The notes under the pieces are model-generated. The model searched no databases. It saw only the letters and a list, made by a program, of their open reading frames with translations, and had not been told where the DNA came from. The position numbers were made by a program, and so were the translations under genes. From assembly GCA_018267275.1 (NCBI GenBank), contig JAFDYV010000003.1, forward strand, positions 500,361 through 564,360: a stretch of DNA of 64,000 bases, written 5' to 3'. Below are positions 18,527 to 30,168 of the stretch, piece by piece (position 1 is the first letter of the stretch; every line of letters begins with the position of its first letter). Source of the stretch: Bacteroidota bacterium. GTDB lineage: Bacteria; Bacteroidota; Bacteroidia; Cytophagales; Cyclobacteriaceae.

Positions 18527-20809
18527 ATGTCTATTAAAATCCGTAAGCAAGACGCACTTGATTATCACACACAGGGGCAACCGGGCAAAATTGAAGTAAC
18601 CCCTACCAAACAACTAAGCTCACAACTCGATTTGGCATTGGCCTACTCGCCCGGTGTGGCAGAACCTTGCAAAGAAATTGCGGCACACAAAGAAGATGTT
18701 TACAAGTACACGAGCAAGGGAAATTTGGTAGCGGTAATTTCCAACGGTACAGCCGTACTGGGCCTTGGCAATATCGGGCCGGAAGCTGCCAAGCCGGTGA
18801 TGGAAGGAAAAGCAGTGTTGTTCAAAAAATATGCTGGCATCGATAGTTTCGACATTGAAATTGACGAAGAAGACCCCGATGCCTTTATCAAAATTGTGAA
18901 GGCACTGGAGCCAACTTTTGGAGGAGTAAACCTGGAAGACATTAAAGCACCCGAGTGCTTTAAGATCGAAACCGAACTGCGTCAAAAAATGCATATACCA
19001 ATCATGCATGACGACCAGCACGGCACAGCCATCATTTCCAGTGCCGCTTTGATCAATGCATTGGAAATAGTCGGAAAGAAAATGGGTGATATTGTGCTGG
19101 TAGTTAACGGTGCCGGTGCTGCTGCCGTATCTTGTACCAAACTGTATCTGGCGCTAGGCTTGAAAAAAGAGAACCTGATCATGTGCGACAGCAAAGGCGT
19201 CATTCACAAAAAACGTGAAGGGTTGGATGCATCCAAACTTGAATTTGCCACTGATCGAAAAATCTCAACACTGCAAGAAGCCATTAAAGGTGCCGATGTT
19301 TTTCTGGGACTGTCAGTAGCTGACATCCTTACGCCCGATGATATACGCACCATGGCGAAAGACCCCATTGTGTTTGCGTTGGCAAATCCCAACCCGGAAA
19401 TTGCTTATGACGTGGCGAAAAAATCTCGGCCGGATATCATCATGGGCACCGGCCGGTCAGACCATCCCAATCAAGTGAATAATGTGTTGGGCTTTCCCTA
19501 TATCTTTCGAGGTGCGTTGGATGTACGCGCCACTGAAATTAACGAAGCCATGAAGTTGGCGGCCGTGCACGCGCTTGCCGCACTTGCAAAAGAACCTGTA
19601 CCCGACATTGTGTTTCAAGCATACGGTACTGACAAACTACAGTTTGGAAGAGACTACTTAATTCCAAAGCCACTCGACCCAAGGTTGATTACCACCGTTT
19701 CGCCAGCCGTTGCAAAAGCTGCCATGGACTCAGGTGTGGCCAAAAGTCCCATCCAAGATTGGGGTCAATACCATCACGATTTGCTCAAGCGTATTGGCAT
19801 CAATCAAAAACTTACTTCGCGTATCATCGACCTCGCCAAGAAAAAACCAAAACGTATTCTATTCGCAGAAGCAGATCATCATAAAATTTTGAAGGCTGCG
19901 CAAATTTTACAAGACGAAGAGATTGCCAAACCCGTTTTGCTGGGCAGCAGAGTTGATATCGAGCGTCTCATCAAAGAACACAGCTTGGACTTGAGCCAAT
20001 GTGAAATCATTGATCCGCGTGAAGAGAAAGAACTGACAGCCCAATACGCTAAGGCTTACTTTGAAAAACGCAAACGCAAAGGCATTACTGCAAAAGAAGC
20101 TGAACGTGCTATGCGCGATCGCAATACTTTTGGCGCCATGATGGTGGAATTCGGGAAGGCGGATGCGTTGGTAAGCGGCTTAACCAAGGATTACTCAAAA
20201 ACCATTTTGCCGTCATTGCAAATCATTGGCATGGGAGAAGGCGTGAGCCGTGTTGCCGGCATGTACATTATCATGAATAAGAAAGGCACATTTTTCTTTG
20301 CCGATTGCAGCGTAAACGTAAACCCAACTGCAGATGAGTTAGTGGGTATCATTGGATTGGCAGCACGTGGGGTAAAGTTCTTCGATATTGAGCCACGTGT
20401 GGCAGTTTTGTCTTACTCTAACTTTGGCTCGAGCAAAGGAGAAGTACCGGAGAAAGTGCAAGAAGCTGTTCGCTTAGCAAAACAAAAATACCCCGAGTTG
20501 ATTTTGGATGGCGATATCCAAGCAAACGTAGCGTTCGATACAGATTTGCAAAAGGAAATTTATCCCTTCAGTGCATTGGCAAAAGAAGGCGCTAACACAC
20601 TAATCTTTCCCGATCTTGCCTCGGGCAATATCGCGTACAAACTATTGATGGAGATTGGTGGTGCGGAAGCCATCGGTCCGATCTTGTTGGGCATGAAAAA
20701 ACCTGTGCACATCTTGCAAATCGGCAGCTCCATACGCGACATTGTAAACATGGCGGCCATTGCGGTGGTGGATGCACAGCTGCATGAGCGGAACGAGCAC
20801 CTCGGATAA
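18527..20809 (+). CDS. maeB: NADP-dependent malic enzyme with phosphotransacetylase-like domain
   Basis: [43 protein letters not shown]-terminal PTA-like domain (GNIAYKL, AIGPIL). Confidence 0.95.
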   Translation: MSIKIRKQDALDYHTQGQPGKIEVTPTKQLSSQLDLALAYSPGVAEPCKEIAAHKEDVYKYTSKGNLVAVISNGTAVLGLGNIGPEAAKPVMEGKAVLFKKYAGIDSFDIEIDEEDPDAFIKIVKALEPTFGGVNLEDIKAPECFKIETELRQKMHIPIMHDDQHGTAIISSAALINALEIVGKKMGDIVLVVNGAGAAAVSCTKLYLALGLKKENLIMCDSKGVIHKKREGLDASKLEFATDRKISTLQEAIKGADVFLGLSVADILTPDDIRTMAKDPIVFALANPNPEIAYDVAKKSRPDIIMGTGRSDHPNQVNNVLGFPYIFRGALDVRATEINEAMKLAAVHALAALAKEPVPDIVFQAYGTDKLQFGRDYLIPKPLDPRLITTVSPAVAKAAMDSGVAKSPIQDWGQYHHDLLKRIGINQKLTSRIIDLAKKKPKRILFAEADHHKILKAAQILQDEEIAKPVLLGSRVDIERLIKEHSLDLSQCEIIDPREEKELTAQYAKAYFEKRKRKGITAKEAERAMRDRNTFGAMMVEFGKADALVSGLTKDYSKTILPSLQIIGMGEGVSRVAGMYIIMNKKGTFFFADCSVNVNPTADELVGIIGLAARGVKFFDIEPRVAVLSYSNFGSSKGEVPEKVQEAVRLAKQKYPELILDGDIQANVAFDTDLQKEIYPFSALAKEGANTLIFPDLASGNIAYKLLMEIGGAEAIGPILLGMKKPVHILQIGSSIRDIVNMAAIAVVDAQLHERNEHLG

Positions 20810-20914
20810 TTTGGTGATTCACTAATTCGGTGATTCGTTGTTGCTATCGTTAAAGAAGTTTCTCATCAACGAATCAACAAATTATCGAATTGGCAAATCA
20901 TCGAATTTTCAAAT
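20809..20914. repeat. Inverted arrays of degenerate 8-bp tandem repeats
   Basis: atttggtg attcacta attcggtg attcgttg (20809-20840) facing caacgaat caacaaat tatcgaat tggcaaat catcgaat tttcaaat (20867-20914). Confidence 0.7.
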
Positions 20915-20947
20915 TAATTTTAGTATTTTTCATGTTTATATTTTGGC

Positions 20948-21535
20948 ATGATTGCGTACTTAAAGGGAAAGCTCGTTTACAAGGCACCGTCTTATGCGAT
21001 TATTGATGTAAACGGCATCGGTTATCACGTACATATCTCGCTCAACACCTTTGGCGAGATCAAAGACAAAGAAGATATTCAGCTGGCCACGCATTTTCAC
21101 GTGCGCGAAGATGCCCAAGTGTTGTATGGTTTTGCATCGGAAGCAGAAAAGCAAATGTTTGCGCACTTGATTTCTGTGAATGGTGTGGGGCCAAGCACTG
21201 CCTTGGTGGTTTTGTCTTACCTACCGCCCGATGAGCTCAAACAAGCCATCGTTCGCGAAGATGCTGCCGCACTGCAGGCAGTAAAGGGAATTGGGGGAAA
21301 AACAGCTCAACGGCTGATTTTGGAACTGCGCGACAAGCTGAAAAAAGAAGGGGAAGAAATCGCTGCAAATACCGGGGTAGTGCGCAATACGGTACGGCAA
21401 GAAGCGTTATCTGCGTTGGTTACTTTGGGTATTGCCAAACCAGCCGCGGAAAAGAGTGTGGATGCTGTGCTAAAAAGAGTGGGCAGCAACGTTAGTTTGG
21501 AGGAGTTGGTAAAGCAAGCATTAAAAAACGCCTAA
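20948..21535 (+). CDS. ruvA: Holliday junction branch migration protein RuvA
   Basis: MIAYLKG, DVNGIGY, LYGF, LISVNGVGP, VKGIGGKTAQRLILELRDK, EALSALVTLG. Confidence 0.95.
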   Translation: MIAYLKGKLVYKAPSYAIIDVNGIGYHVHISLNTFGEIKDKEDIQLATHFHVREDAQVLYGFASEAEKQMFAHLISVNGVGPSTALVVLSYLPPDELKQAIVREDAAALQAVKGIGGKTAQRLILELRDKLKKEGEEIAANTGVVRNTVRQEALSALVTLGIAKPAAEKSVDAVLKRVGSNVSLEELVKQALKNA

Positions 21536-21541
21536 ACAGTT

Positions 21542-24500
21542 TTGATCGGAATTATTCGAAAGCTAAGCTACAGCCTTGCGCTGGGGATTTGCCTTTTGAC
21601 AGGCGGTGGCGTCACTATTGCCTATGCCCAGCGCACGGATACCGCACGGACAAAACCAGCCGACTCTGCGCGCTTCAAAACCATTAACCCGTATTTGCCC
21701 AACTACCGGTTAAACGACCGCTATGGCGACCCGTTTTCAAACTACTCCACCCAATCTCCACTGTACCTCAAAAACCCAAAATCTTTTGGGGTAGACTTAC
21801 AGATTGATACTGGGTTCAACTACAACATACGTGAGCGCATTGGCAAGCTCAACTACCGCCCCGCGTCATCGATGTCGTTTAGGGATTTTAGTCAACAGCA
21901 AGATGCGCAGTTCAGAAAAAGCTATTGGCAAAACAAAAGTCTGGCGTTGGATGGCGAAAGTGCTGTAAGTGGCCGCAACCTGTTGCCCAAGTTGTATGTG
22001 AGCCCGATCCTTGACCGAATTTTTGGCGGCAGTTATGTGGAATTGATACCACGTGGATTTGTGACACTCGACTTAGGCGCACAATTCCAAAAAATTCAGA
22101 ACCCAAGTATACCCATTCGCCAACAAACCAACGGTGGTTTTGAATTCGACCAGCAGATCAGTTTGCAAGTGCAAGGCAAGGTGGGCGAAAAACTAAAGGT
22201 GACCACTAACTTCGACAACAACAACTCCTTCGATTTTCAAAACAATATGAAGGTGGAATACACGGGCTTTAAAGAAGACCTGTTGAAAAAATTGGAAATT
22301 GGAAACGTAAGCTTACCGCTCAACAACAGTTTGATACGGGGTGCCCAAAACTTATTCGGTATCAAAGCGCAATTGCAATTTGGTAAGATGACTGTCACTG
22401 CGATTGCCAGTACACAACGCGGAAAGCAATCGGCCATCAAGGTGCCGGGCAATGCTAGTGGCACTACGCAAGGCCGCCCATTCGAAATTGTCGGCTCAAA
22501 CTACGATGAAAACCGTCACTTCTTTTTGGCCCAATTTTTCCGAGATAATTTTGAGACTTGGTTGAGTACGCTGCCGCAAATTACTTCTGGCATCAACATT
22601 ACTCGAATTGAGGTTTACAGCATCAACCGACAAAACGACACGCAGACCAACCGCGATGTAGTTGCGTTTATGGATGCTGGCGAATCAGATAAAATTTATA
22701 GCAAAAGGATTAGATCAAAATTTGGGTCACTTGCTGTCCCCGCAGATAACGGGGCGAATGACCTATTCGAAAACAAACTGAAAGGAATCAGCGCCAACTC
22801 GGACGGCATTAATCAACTACTAACCAGCGACTCGCTTATCAACGGCACAGACTTCGAAAAAATCACTAGCGCACGAAAATTGGCAACAACTGAGTTTAGC
22901 TTCAACGCACAGTTGGGCTACATCACGTTGCAGCGAAAATTACAAAACGATGAGGCTTTGGCGGTTGCCTTCGAATACACCTACCAAGGACGCGTGTACA
23001 AAGTGGGCGAGTTGAGTGAAGATTACACCAACAAACCACCCAAAGATGTTGTCTACTTAAAACTTTTGCGCCCAAGAAAGATTGCGGTAAAAGATCGCAA
23101 TGGAGTCATCCTTCCCACATGGAAGTTGATGATGAAAAACATCTATAGCTTAAACGTAACGCAGCTTACACGCGATGGCTTTCAACTGCGCGTGATCTAT
23201 CGCGATGACCGCACCGGTATTGATAACCCACAATTACAAGACGGTGTCATCACTCGCTCGCGCCAATTGGTGCAAGTAATGGGTTTGGATCGATTAAATC
23301 CCTACAACGACCCGCAACCCGATGGCAACTTCGACTTTGTAGAGGGCATTACAGTGAACACGGCCAACGGCTTGATCATTTTTCCGTTCTTGGAACCTTT
23401 AAATAAACCGCTGCGCAATTTGTTTCGGCAAGAAAACAACTTAACCCTGGAAAGCAACTTGGTGACCAAGTATGTGTACGACACGTTGTACAATACCACC
23501 AAAGCTGAGGCAGAGCTAGTCGCTACTAAAAACAAATTTTTTATCACAGGCTCATTTCGTGCCGGTGCCGGAAAAGAAATTGTTATACAAGGTTTCAATA
23601 TTTCCCAGGGCTCAGTGAAAGTTTTTGCGGGAGGCACACCTTTGCGAGAAGGATTAGATTATTCTGTTGACTATACTTTTGGTAAAGTAACCATCCTTAA
23701 CGATGGCATCTTAGCTTCTGGAAAAGACATTGAAATCACCTACGAACAGCAAGACCCATTTGCCTTTCAAACACGATCGTTGTTGGGCACGCGGTTCGAT
23801 TATAAACTCACTGACGATATCAACCTGGGTGGTACATTTTTGTATTACAACGAGCGCCCGCTCATCAGTCGCAATTTGATTGGCGCTGAGCCGGCACGCA
23901 ACATCCAGTACGGTTTAGACTTTAACATGCGCAAAGACTCACGCATACTTACCAAAATGGTGGATGCCTTGCCATTCCTGGAAACGAAAGAAAAATCTAC
24001 CATCACCGTCAATGCCGAATTTGCGCAACTGTTACCGGGCACTTCTAACGTTGTGGATGGCGAAGGCACTTCTTTCATCGATGATTTTGAAAACACCATT
24101 ACTCCTTATAGTCTGCTGGCGCCACAAGGCTGGAAATTGGCCGCAGTGCCCACACGTGACCAACGTTTCGATTTGGCCAACGGTGCAGTGAGTACATCGG
24201 CTGGCAACAACTTTGACTTACAGGCAGGCTACAGGCGCGCGAAATTAGCTTGGTATCAGGTCGATAATTTGTTTTATAGACAGGGTGGAAGTTTTAAACC
24301 CGCAAATATTACCGAGCAAGATTTAAAGAATCATTACACACGCCCGGTATTGCCGCAAGAGATTTTCCCATTCAAAGATCCTTTTGTTGGAAATTTTTAT
24401 GAACCCGTTTTTGACGTGGCCTATTTTCCTGATGAACGGGGGCCTTACAACTACAACCCACTTTTTGACACCCAACCATTTAAAAATAATTGGGGCGGCA

Positions 24501-27500
24501 TCACCACCGCCATACGTAACGAAGTAGATTTCGACAAAGCCAATGTTGAGTACATCGAGTTTTGGATGTTGAACCCTTTTATTCAAAATCCGAATGGGGA
24601 GGTGATTGTCAACAATTCAAAACGAGGATCGAATTCAACAGGTGGTAAACTGATTTTTCATTTAGGAAGTATTTCGGAAGATTTGGCCCGCGATGGCAAA
24701 CACGGGTTTGAAAATGGCTTGACCAAAGATGGCAGCACCACCAACTTAACCGAGACAGCGTGGGGCCGCGTTACCAATCAGCAATTTGTGAACAACGCTT
24801 TTGATGCAGATGCCAACTCGCGGGCGAACCAAGATGTGGGTGCCGATGGATTGAAAAATGCCGATGAGCAAGCAAAGTTCGGAAACCTCGTGGGGCAAAA
24901 TAATCCGGATCCCTCCTCAGACGACTTCAAGTACTTTTTAGGTTCCGATTACGATGCCAATGATGCGAAGATTCTGGAGCGCTACAAAAATATCAACGGC
25001 TTAGAGGGCAACTCTCCGATAGTAACGCCAGGCCAGTCTTTCGCGCAATCGGGTAGCCCCCTCCCCGACAATGAAGATTTGAACCAAGACAATACGCTAA
25101 GTGATTTGGAAGAGTATTATACGTACGAGTTAGACCTTACACCGAACCAGCTAGACGTAGGCAAAGGATTTATTGTAGACAAAATTTCACCACAAGCATT
25201 TCAAAACGAGGGCGCAAATGCTGTAACATGGTATCTGTTTAGAATACCGGTTCGCAATTTCAAATCAATTGTGGGCGACATCAACGGGTTCAAATCTATT
25301 CGCTATGCGCGAATGATCTTAACCGAATTTCAAGAGCCGGTGGTGCTGCGCTTTGCTAATTTCAGATTAGTCGGCAACCGTTGGAGGCGCTACACCGAAA
25401 ACTTAGAAGAACGTGGCCTCAGCGAGGGCAAAGAACCCAACCTCGATAACTTCACGGTATCGGCTGTCAACATTGAAGACAACGGCCAACCAAGTGATCA
25501 AAAACCTGGCTATGTGGAGCCGCTGAGACGTGACAGAGATATCACCAGCGTGCAGCAGCGCAGATTGAATGAACAATCTGTACAATTGTGCGTGACGGAT
25601 TTGGCAGATGGTGATTCACGTGCGGTTTACAAAAACGTTCAGTTGGATTTCTTCAACTACGGAAGAATCAAAATGTTCCTCAGCGCACACAGCAATACAC
25701 CACAAGCAATACCCGATAACCAACTGAAAGCCTTTTTGCGTTTGGGTACTGACTTCGACCAAAATTATTATGAAATTGAACTCCCGTTGAAAATCACACC
25801 CGGTGGCACGCGTTTGCCATCAGACGTTTGGCCCGACCAAAATCAAATCGATCTGGATCTAAATGAGTTGTACGCGCTGAAAGTACAACGCGACCGCGAA
25901 GGCTTTACACTCGCTGCACCTTACCCGCAAGGGGGCGCAAAAATTGTGGGCAAACACGGCATACGGTTGGTGGGCCGACCCGATTTGGCGCAAGTGCGGT
26001 TGATGATGATCGGTATCCGCAACCCACGCAGCGATGATACGAAACCCTATAGCGTGTGTCTATGGGCCAATGAATTGCGATTAACTGAATTCGATCAAAC
26101 CCCCGGATGGGCGGGCAATGTGGTGGTGAACGCCAAACTTGCTGACCTTGGTAACATCACCGGTTCGTTTAGGCACATCGGCTTTGGGTTTGGAGGTGTG
26201 CAATCAAAAATAGCAGAACGTGCGCGTGGCGAAACCAATACATTTGATATTTCAGGCAGTTTAAATGTAGACAAGCTGTTGCCCTCAAAATTGGGATTGC
26301 GCATCCCAATGTTTTTCAGTTACGAAAGCAACATCATCAATCCGAACTTTGACCCTGCCAACCCGGACGTGCGGCTGGCGGCAGCACTGAAATCATTCAA
26401 CACCGATACAGAACGAGACAACTACCTGAAGTTGATTCAAGACCGAACGTACCTACGGAGCATTAACTTCACCAACGTGCGCAAGGTGAAAGTGAAGAAA
26501 GATGCCAAGCAGCACATTTACGATTTCGAAAATTTTTCTTTTACCTACGCCTATCGAGAGCAAACCCAAACCAACTTCAGTCTACTCACCAACGTAAGGC
26601 GCAACATTAAAGGAGCAGTCGCGTGGCAATACCAAAGTAAATTCAAGGGCTTTGAACCATTTAAAGGTTTGAAGTTGGGAAAGGGGCTACAATTTATCAC
26701 CGACTTCAACTTCAACCCCATGCCCACACAACTATCGGTGCGTTGGGAACTCGATCGCTCGTATAGCGAAATCACCTATCGCAATTCGGTGCGCGATGTG
26801 TTGTCGCCTATCAATCAACCCAACTACCAAAAATTCTTCGTCTTCAACCGTTACTATACGGCACGCTGGAGCCTCACAAAATCCATCACCTTGGATTATA
26901 ACTCGACAGTCAACGCTATCATAGACGAACCCTTTGGCGACTTATCGAACCCGGACTCGATGCGGGTGGTGATCAACAATTTGAAGAAGCTGGGCCGCAT
27001 CAAAAACTTTGATCAGAACATAACGGCCAACTACACGCTGCCCTTCGAAAAAATTCCTGCCACCAATTTTTTGGGTGGCGATTACCGATACAATGCAGGC
27101 TTTAATTATCGCGCGGGCCCTCTCGAAAAAACTTCGGCTTTGCAACTGGGAAATATCATTCAAAACTCCCGCACGCAAGCGCTCACCGGCCGTATAGACA
27201 TGGTAAAGCTCTACAACAAAATTGGTTTTTTAAAAACGGTAAACACGCCACCGAGGCCACCAGCGCCACCCGATAAAAACAAACCAGCAAAACCAGACAC
27301 CGTCAGAAGGCCACCCGAACTCAAGGGCGTTCGCCTGTTAACGCGATTGCTTATGTCTGTGCGCACCATCAATGGTAACTACACGCTTACAGAAGGAACC
27401 ATTTTGCCCGGATTTACAGAAGCTCCGCGCCTGCTGGGTATGGATCAAAACTGGAACTCGCCCGGCTGGGGATTTATTTTAGGAGAGCAAGACCCCAACT

Positions 27501-28720
27501 TTGCGGCAAAGGCTGCTGCCAACGGCTGGCTTACGCGCAACAAGAACCTGACCAATCCATTTACGCAAAACCAAACGGAGGAGTTGGCGCTGCGCGCGAA
27601 TCTAGAGCCGCTGACAGATTTGAAAATACAGTTGGATGCAAGGCGTAACATCAACTCAAGCTTTCAAGAAATCTTTAGAGATACTACAGGTGGCAGTGGG
27701 GTTTATAAAAGCTTGAGTCCAACACGTTCAGGTAGCTACAGAATCTCTTTCCTAAGTATCAATACCGCTTTTGCCAACAACTCAAATTTGGTTTCAGATG
27801 TATTTGAACAGTTTAAAACTAACATCGGAATACTCAGTTCCAGGTTTCCTCGCATTGGTGGCGTAACGGAGGTGAACCAACGATCACAAGATGTTTTAAT
27901 ACCGGCTTTCATAGCAGCTTATTCCGGCACTTCGGTAGATGGTGTGAGCCTGTCTCCGTTTCCGCGCATACCGCTGCCGAACTGGCGAGTGGATTACAAC
28001 GGGCTTACTAAAATCAGCGCATTGAAGGACGTATTTCAGTCTGTAACAATTAACCACGCGTACACATCAAATTATTCCGTGGTGAACTATACCAACTCAT
28101 TGCGTTACTCCGAAGGCAGAGGCAGTGATGTAGACGTACGCTTAAGTTCGCGCATCACCGACTACAACACAGGCCGAAACTTTGGCAGTCTCGCCAGCAC
28201 ATCAGATTCCAGTTTGCTGATACCGGTATATGTGATCAACCAAGTGATGATCAGTGAAACATTTGCACCGCTCATCGGCATCAATGCGCGCACCAAAAGC
28301 AAAATCAGTTTGCGCTTTGAATACAAGACCAAGCGCGACATATCGCTGAACGTATCAAACGCGCAAGTGACCGAGCAATTGGGCAAAGACTGGAGCTTTG
28401 AAATGGGCTTTACCAAAAACAACATGAAATTGCCGTTTAAAGATCAAGGGCGAACCATCACCTTGAAAAACGATGTTACATTTTTGTTCAACATTACGTT
28501 AAGCAACACGCAAACCATCCAACGAAGGATCGATGATGTAGCCACGGTTACCAATGGTAATATCAATTTCCAGTTGCGCCCTAATTTAAGTTACCAGGTA
28601 AACCAAAAAGTACGCATTCAATTGTACGCAGAACACAGCACCAACGAACCTTTGGTGACGAGTTCCTTCCCGCGGAGCAATACCCGCATCGGGTTTAAAC
28701 TTGTGTTCAATCTCCAGTAA
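21542..28720 (+). CDS. sprA: Type IX secretion translocon SprA (Sov)
   Basis: 2392 aa; FEFDQQI..QVQGKVGEKL, LIRGAQNLFG, FIDDFE, GYRRAKLAWY, WANELRL, ends in beta-strand GFKLVFNL; ruvA-sprA-gcvH order typical of Bacteroidota. Confidence 0.92.
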   Translation: MIGIIRKLSYSLALGICLLTGGGVTIAYAQRTDTARTKPADSARFKTINPYLPNYRLNDRYGDPFSNYSTQSPLYLKNPKSFGVDLQIDTGFNYNIRERIGKLNYRPASSMSFRDFSQQQDAQFRKSYWQNKSLALDGESAVSGRNLLPKLYVSPILDRIFGGSYVELIPRGFVTLDLGAQFQKIQNPSIPIRQQTNGGFEFDQQISLQVQGKVGEKLKVTTNFDNNNSFDFQNNMKVEYTGFKEDLLKKLEIGNVSLPLNNSLIRGAQNLFGIKAQLQFGKMTVTAIASTQRGKQSAIKVPGNASGTTQGRPFEIVGSNYDENRHFFLAQFFRDNFETWLSTLPQITSGINITRIEVYSINRQNDTQTNRDVVAFMDAGESDKIYSKRIRSKFGSLAVPADNGANDLFENKLKGISANSDGINQLLTSDSLINGTDFEKITSARKLATTEFSFNAQLGYITLQRKLQNDEALAVAFEYTYQGRVYKVGELSEDYTNKPPKDVVYLKLLRPRKIAVKDRNGVILPTWKLMMKNIYSLNVTQLTRDGFQLRVIYRDDRTGIDNPQLQDGVITRSRQLVQVMGLDRLNPYNDPQPDGNFDFVEGITVNTANGLIIFPFLEPLNKPLRNLFRQENNLTLESNLVTKYVYDTLYNTTKAEAELVATKNKFFITGSFRAGAGKEIVIQGFNISQGSVKVFAGGTPLREGLDYSVDYTFGKVTILNDGILASGKDIEITYEQQDPFAFQTRSLLGTRFDYKLTDDINLGGTFLYYNERPLISRNLIGAEPARNIQYGLDFNMRKDSRILTKMVDALPFLETKEKSTITVNAEFAQLLPGTSNVVDGEGTSFIDDFENTITPYSLLAPQGWKLAAVPTRDQRFDLANGAVSTSAGNNFDLQAGYRRAKLAWYQVDNLFYRQGGSFKPANITEQDLKNHYTRPVLPQEIFPFKDPFVGNFYEPVFDVAYFPDERGPYNYNPLFDTQPFKNNWGGITTAIRNEVDFDKANVEYIEFWMLNPFIQNPNGEVIVNNSKRGSNSTGGKLIFHLGSISEDLARDGKHGFENGLTKDGSTTNLTETAWGRVTNQQFVNNAFDADANSRANQDVGADGLKNADEQAKFGNLVGQNNPDPSSDDFKYFLGSDYDANDAKILERYKNINGLEGNSPIVTPGQSFAQSGSPLPDNEDLNQDNTLSDLEEYYTYELDLTPNQLDVGKGFIVDKISPQAFQNEGANAVTWYLFRIPVRNFKSIVGDINGFKSIRYARMILTEFQEPVVLRFANFRLVGNRWRRYTENLEERGLSEGKEPNLDNFTVSAVNIEDNGQPSDQKPGYVEPLRRDRDITSVQQRRLNEQSVQLCVTDLADGDSRAVYKNVQLDFFNYGRIKMFLSAHSNTPQAIPDNQLKAFLRLGTDFDQNYYEIELPLKITPGGTRLPSDVWPDQNQIDLDLNELYALKVQRDREGFTLAAPYPQGGAKIVGKHGIRLVGRPDLAQVRLMMIGIRNPRSDDTKPYSVCLWANELRLTEFDQTPGWAGNVVVNAKLADLGNITGSFRHIGFGFGGVQSKIAERARGETNTFDISGSLNVDKLLPSKLGLRIPMFFSYESNIINPNFDPANPDVRLAAALKSFNTDTERDNYLKLIQDRTYLRSINFTNVRKVKVKKDAKQHIYDFENFSFTYAYREQTQTNFSLLTNVRRNIKGAVAWQYQSKFKGFEPFKGLKLGKGLQFITDFNFNPMPTQLSVRWELDRSYSEITYRNSVRDVLSPINQPNYQKFFVFNRYYTARWSLTKSITLDYNSTVNAIIDEPFGDLSNPDSMRVVINNLKKLGRIKNFDQNITANYTLPFEKIPATNFLGGDYRYNAGFNYRAGPLEKTSALQLGNIIQNSRTQALTGRIDMVKLYNKIGFLKTVNTPPRPPAPPDKNKPAKPDTVRRPPELKGVRLLTRLLMSVRTINGNYTLTEGTILPGFTEAPRLLGMDQNWNSPGWGFILGEQDPNFAAKAAANGWLTRNKNLTNPFTQNQTEELALRANLEPLTDLKIQLDARRNINSSFQEIFRDTTGGSGVYKSLSPTRSGSYRISFLSINTAFANNSNLVSDVFEQFKTNIGILSSRFPRIGGVTEVNQRSQDVLIPAFIAAYSGTSVDGVSLSPFPRIPLPNWRVDYNGLTKISALKDVFQSVTINHAYTSNYSVVNYTNSLRYSEGRGSDVDVRLSSRITDYNTGRNFGSLASTSDSSLLIPVYVINQVMISETFAPLIGINARTKSKISLRFEYKTKRDISLNVSNAQVTEQLGKDWSFEMGFTKNNMKLPFKDQGRTITLKNDVTFLFNITLSNTQTIQRRIDDVATVTNGNINFQLRPNLSYQVNQKVRIQLYAEHSTNEPLVTSSFPRSNTRIGFKLVFNLQ

Positions 28721-28834
28721 GGATTTGCCGGCCACAACACAATTCTCACGCTGCCGATTGACCAGGGCTTGCCTCTTGGGAGTTGGCCAGTTTGTTAGTA
28801 TTTTTGGCGACTCAAAAAACAAACCTATCAAGCC

Positions 28835-29215
28835 ATGACCATACCTGATTCCCTAAAGTACACCAAAGACCACGAATGGATTAAAGTTGAAGGCAATATC
28901 GCCACCATCGGTATTACCGATTTTGCGCAAGGCGAATTGGGCGATATCGTTTATGTAGACATCAACTCTGTGGGCCAAGAAGTAGGTCAGCACGATGTTT
29001 TTGGTACAGTGGAAGCAGTAAAAACAGTATCAGATCTTTATATGCCTGTGGCAGGCAAAGTGGTTGAGTTTAACAAATCGCTTGAAAGCGCCCCCGAAAA
29101 AGTAAACAGCGACCCCTATGGCGATGGCTGGATGGTGAAAATAGAGCTGAAAGATGCAGCGCAAGTGAGCGCTTTGTTAACTGCTGCCCAATACAAGGAA
29201 CTAATTGGCAAGTAA
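28835..29215 (+). CDS. gcvH: Glycine cleavage system H protein
   Basis: [26 protein letters not shown], lipoyl site [19 protein letters not shown]. Confidence 0.97.
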   Translation: MTIPDSLKYTKDHEWIKVEGNIATIGITDFAQGELGDIVYVDINSVGQEVGQHDVFGTVEAVKTVSDLYMPVAGKVVEFNKSLESAPEKVNSDPYGDGWMVKIELKDAAQVSALLTAAQYKELIGK

Positions 29216-29219
29216 TATG

Positions 29220-29280
29220 TTGATACTGGATGCTAGATGCTGGCCAAAGCTAGTATCCAGAATCCAGAATCTAGTATCAA
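29220..29280. repeat. Inverted arrays of 7-bp tandem repeats forming a hairpin
   Basis: tgatact ggatgct agatgct gg ... ct agtatcc agaatcc agaatct agtatca; same unit at 51218-51257. Confidence 0.7.
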
Positions 29281-29283
29281 ACA

Positions 29284-30168
29284 ATGATCGAACTACCCAC
29301 CATATCAGTTGAAGAAACAAGAAAACGCAAGCCAGATTGGCTGCGCGTAAAGTTGCCCGTTGGCCCCGAGTACGCCAAGGTACGCAAGCTGGTAGACGAC
29401 AACAAACTCCACACCATCTGCGAAAGCGGCAATTGCCCCAACATGGGCGAATGCTGGGGTGCAGGCACTGCTACCTTTATGATTTTGGGGAACGTTTGCA
29501 CGCGCAGTTGCACATTTTGTGCTGTCGCTACGGGCAGGCCCACTGAATATGATACCGATGAGCCAAGGCGGGTGGCGGAGTCAATCAAAAAAATGGGCGT
29601 GAAACATGCGGTGATCACGAGTGTGAACCGCGATGAGTTGAAAGATAGAGGCGCAGAAATATGGTATCAAACGGTGGTGCAAACAAAAGAGTTGAGCCCC
29701 ATTACAACCATTGAAACATTGATACCCGACACGAAAGGAAATTGGGATGCGCTGTATCGCATGATTGAAGGTGGCCAAGAAGTGGTTTCGCACAACATGG
29801 AAACCGTGGGGAGGCTTTACCGAATGGTAAGACCACAGGCCAAATACGAGCGCAGTTTAGAACAGATTAAGCGCACACGCGAAGCCGGCAAGCGCACCAA
29901 GTCGGGCATTATGTTGGGTGTGGGTGAAACCAAAGAAGAGGTATTCAAAGCAATGGATGACTTAGTGGCCAATGGCCTGATGATCCTGACGCTTGGTCAA
30001 TACTTGCAACCCACCAAAATGCATTTAGAAGTCGCGGAATTCATCCACCCCGATACTTTTGCCATGTACAAAGAAGAAGGATTGAAGCGCGGTTTGAAAT
30101 ATGTAGAGTCTGGGCCGTTGGTGCGTTCATCCTACCATGCCGAACGGCATGTGAATGTGCCCTTCTAA
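29284..30168 (+). CDS. lipA: Lipoyl synthase
   Basis: [22 protein letters not shown], radical [21 protein letters not shown]. Confidence 0.97.
   Translation: MIELPTISVEETRKRKPDWLRVKLPVGPEYAKVRKLVDDNKLHTICESGNCPNMGECWGAGTATFMILGNVCTRSCTFCAVATGRPTEYDTDEPRRVAESIKKMGVKHAVITSVNRDELKDRGAEIWYQTVVQTKELSPITTIETLIPDTKGNWDALYRMIEGGQEVVSHNMETVGRLYRMVRPQAKYERSLEQIKRTREAGKRTKSGIMLGVGETKEEVFKAMDDLVANGLMILTLGQYLQPTKMHLEVAEFIHPDTFAMYKEEGLKRGLKYVESGPLVRSSYHAERHVNVPF

Noticed and set aside
21542-28720. Local AT-rich patches in sprA as hypervariable loops
   Set aside because: Compositional dips are mild and short; cannot be distinguished from normal variation without orthologs.
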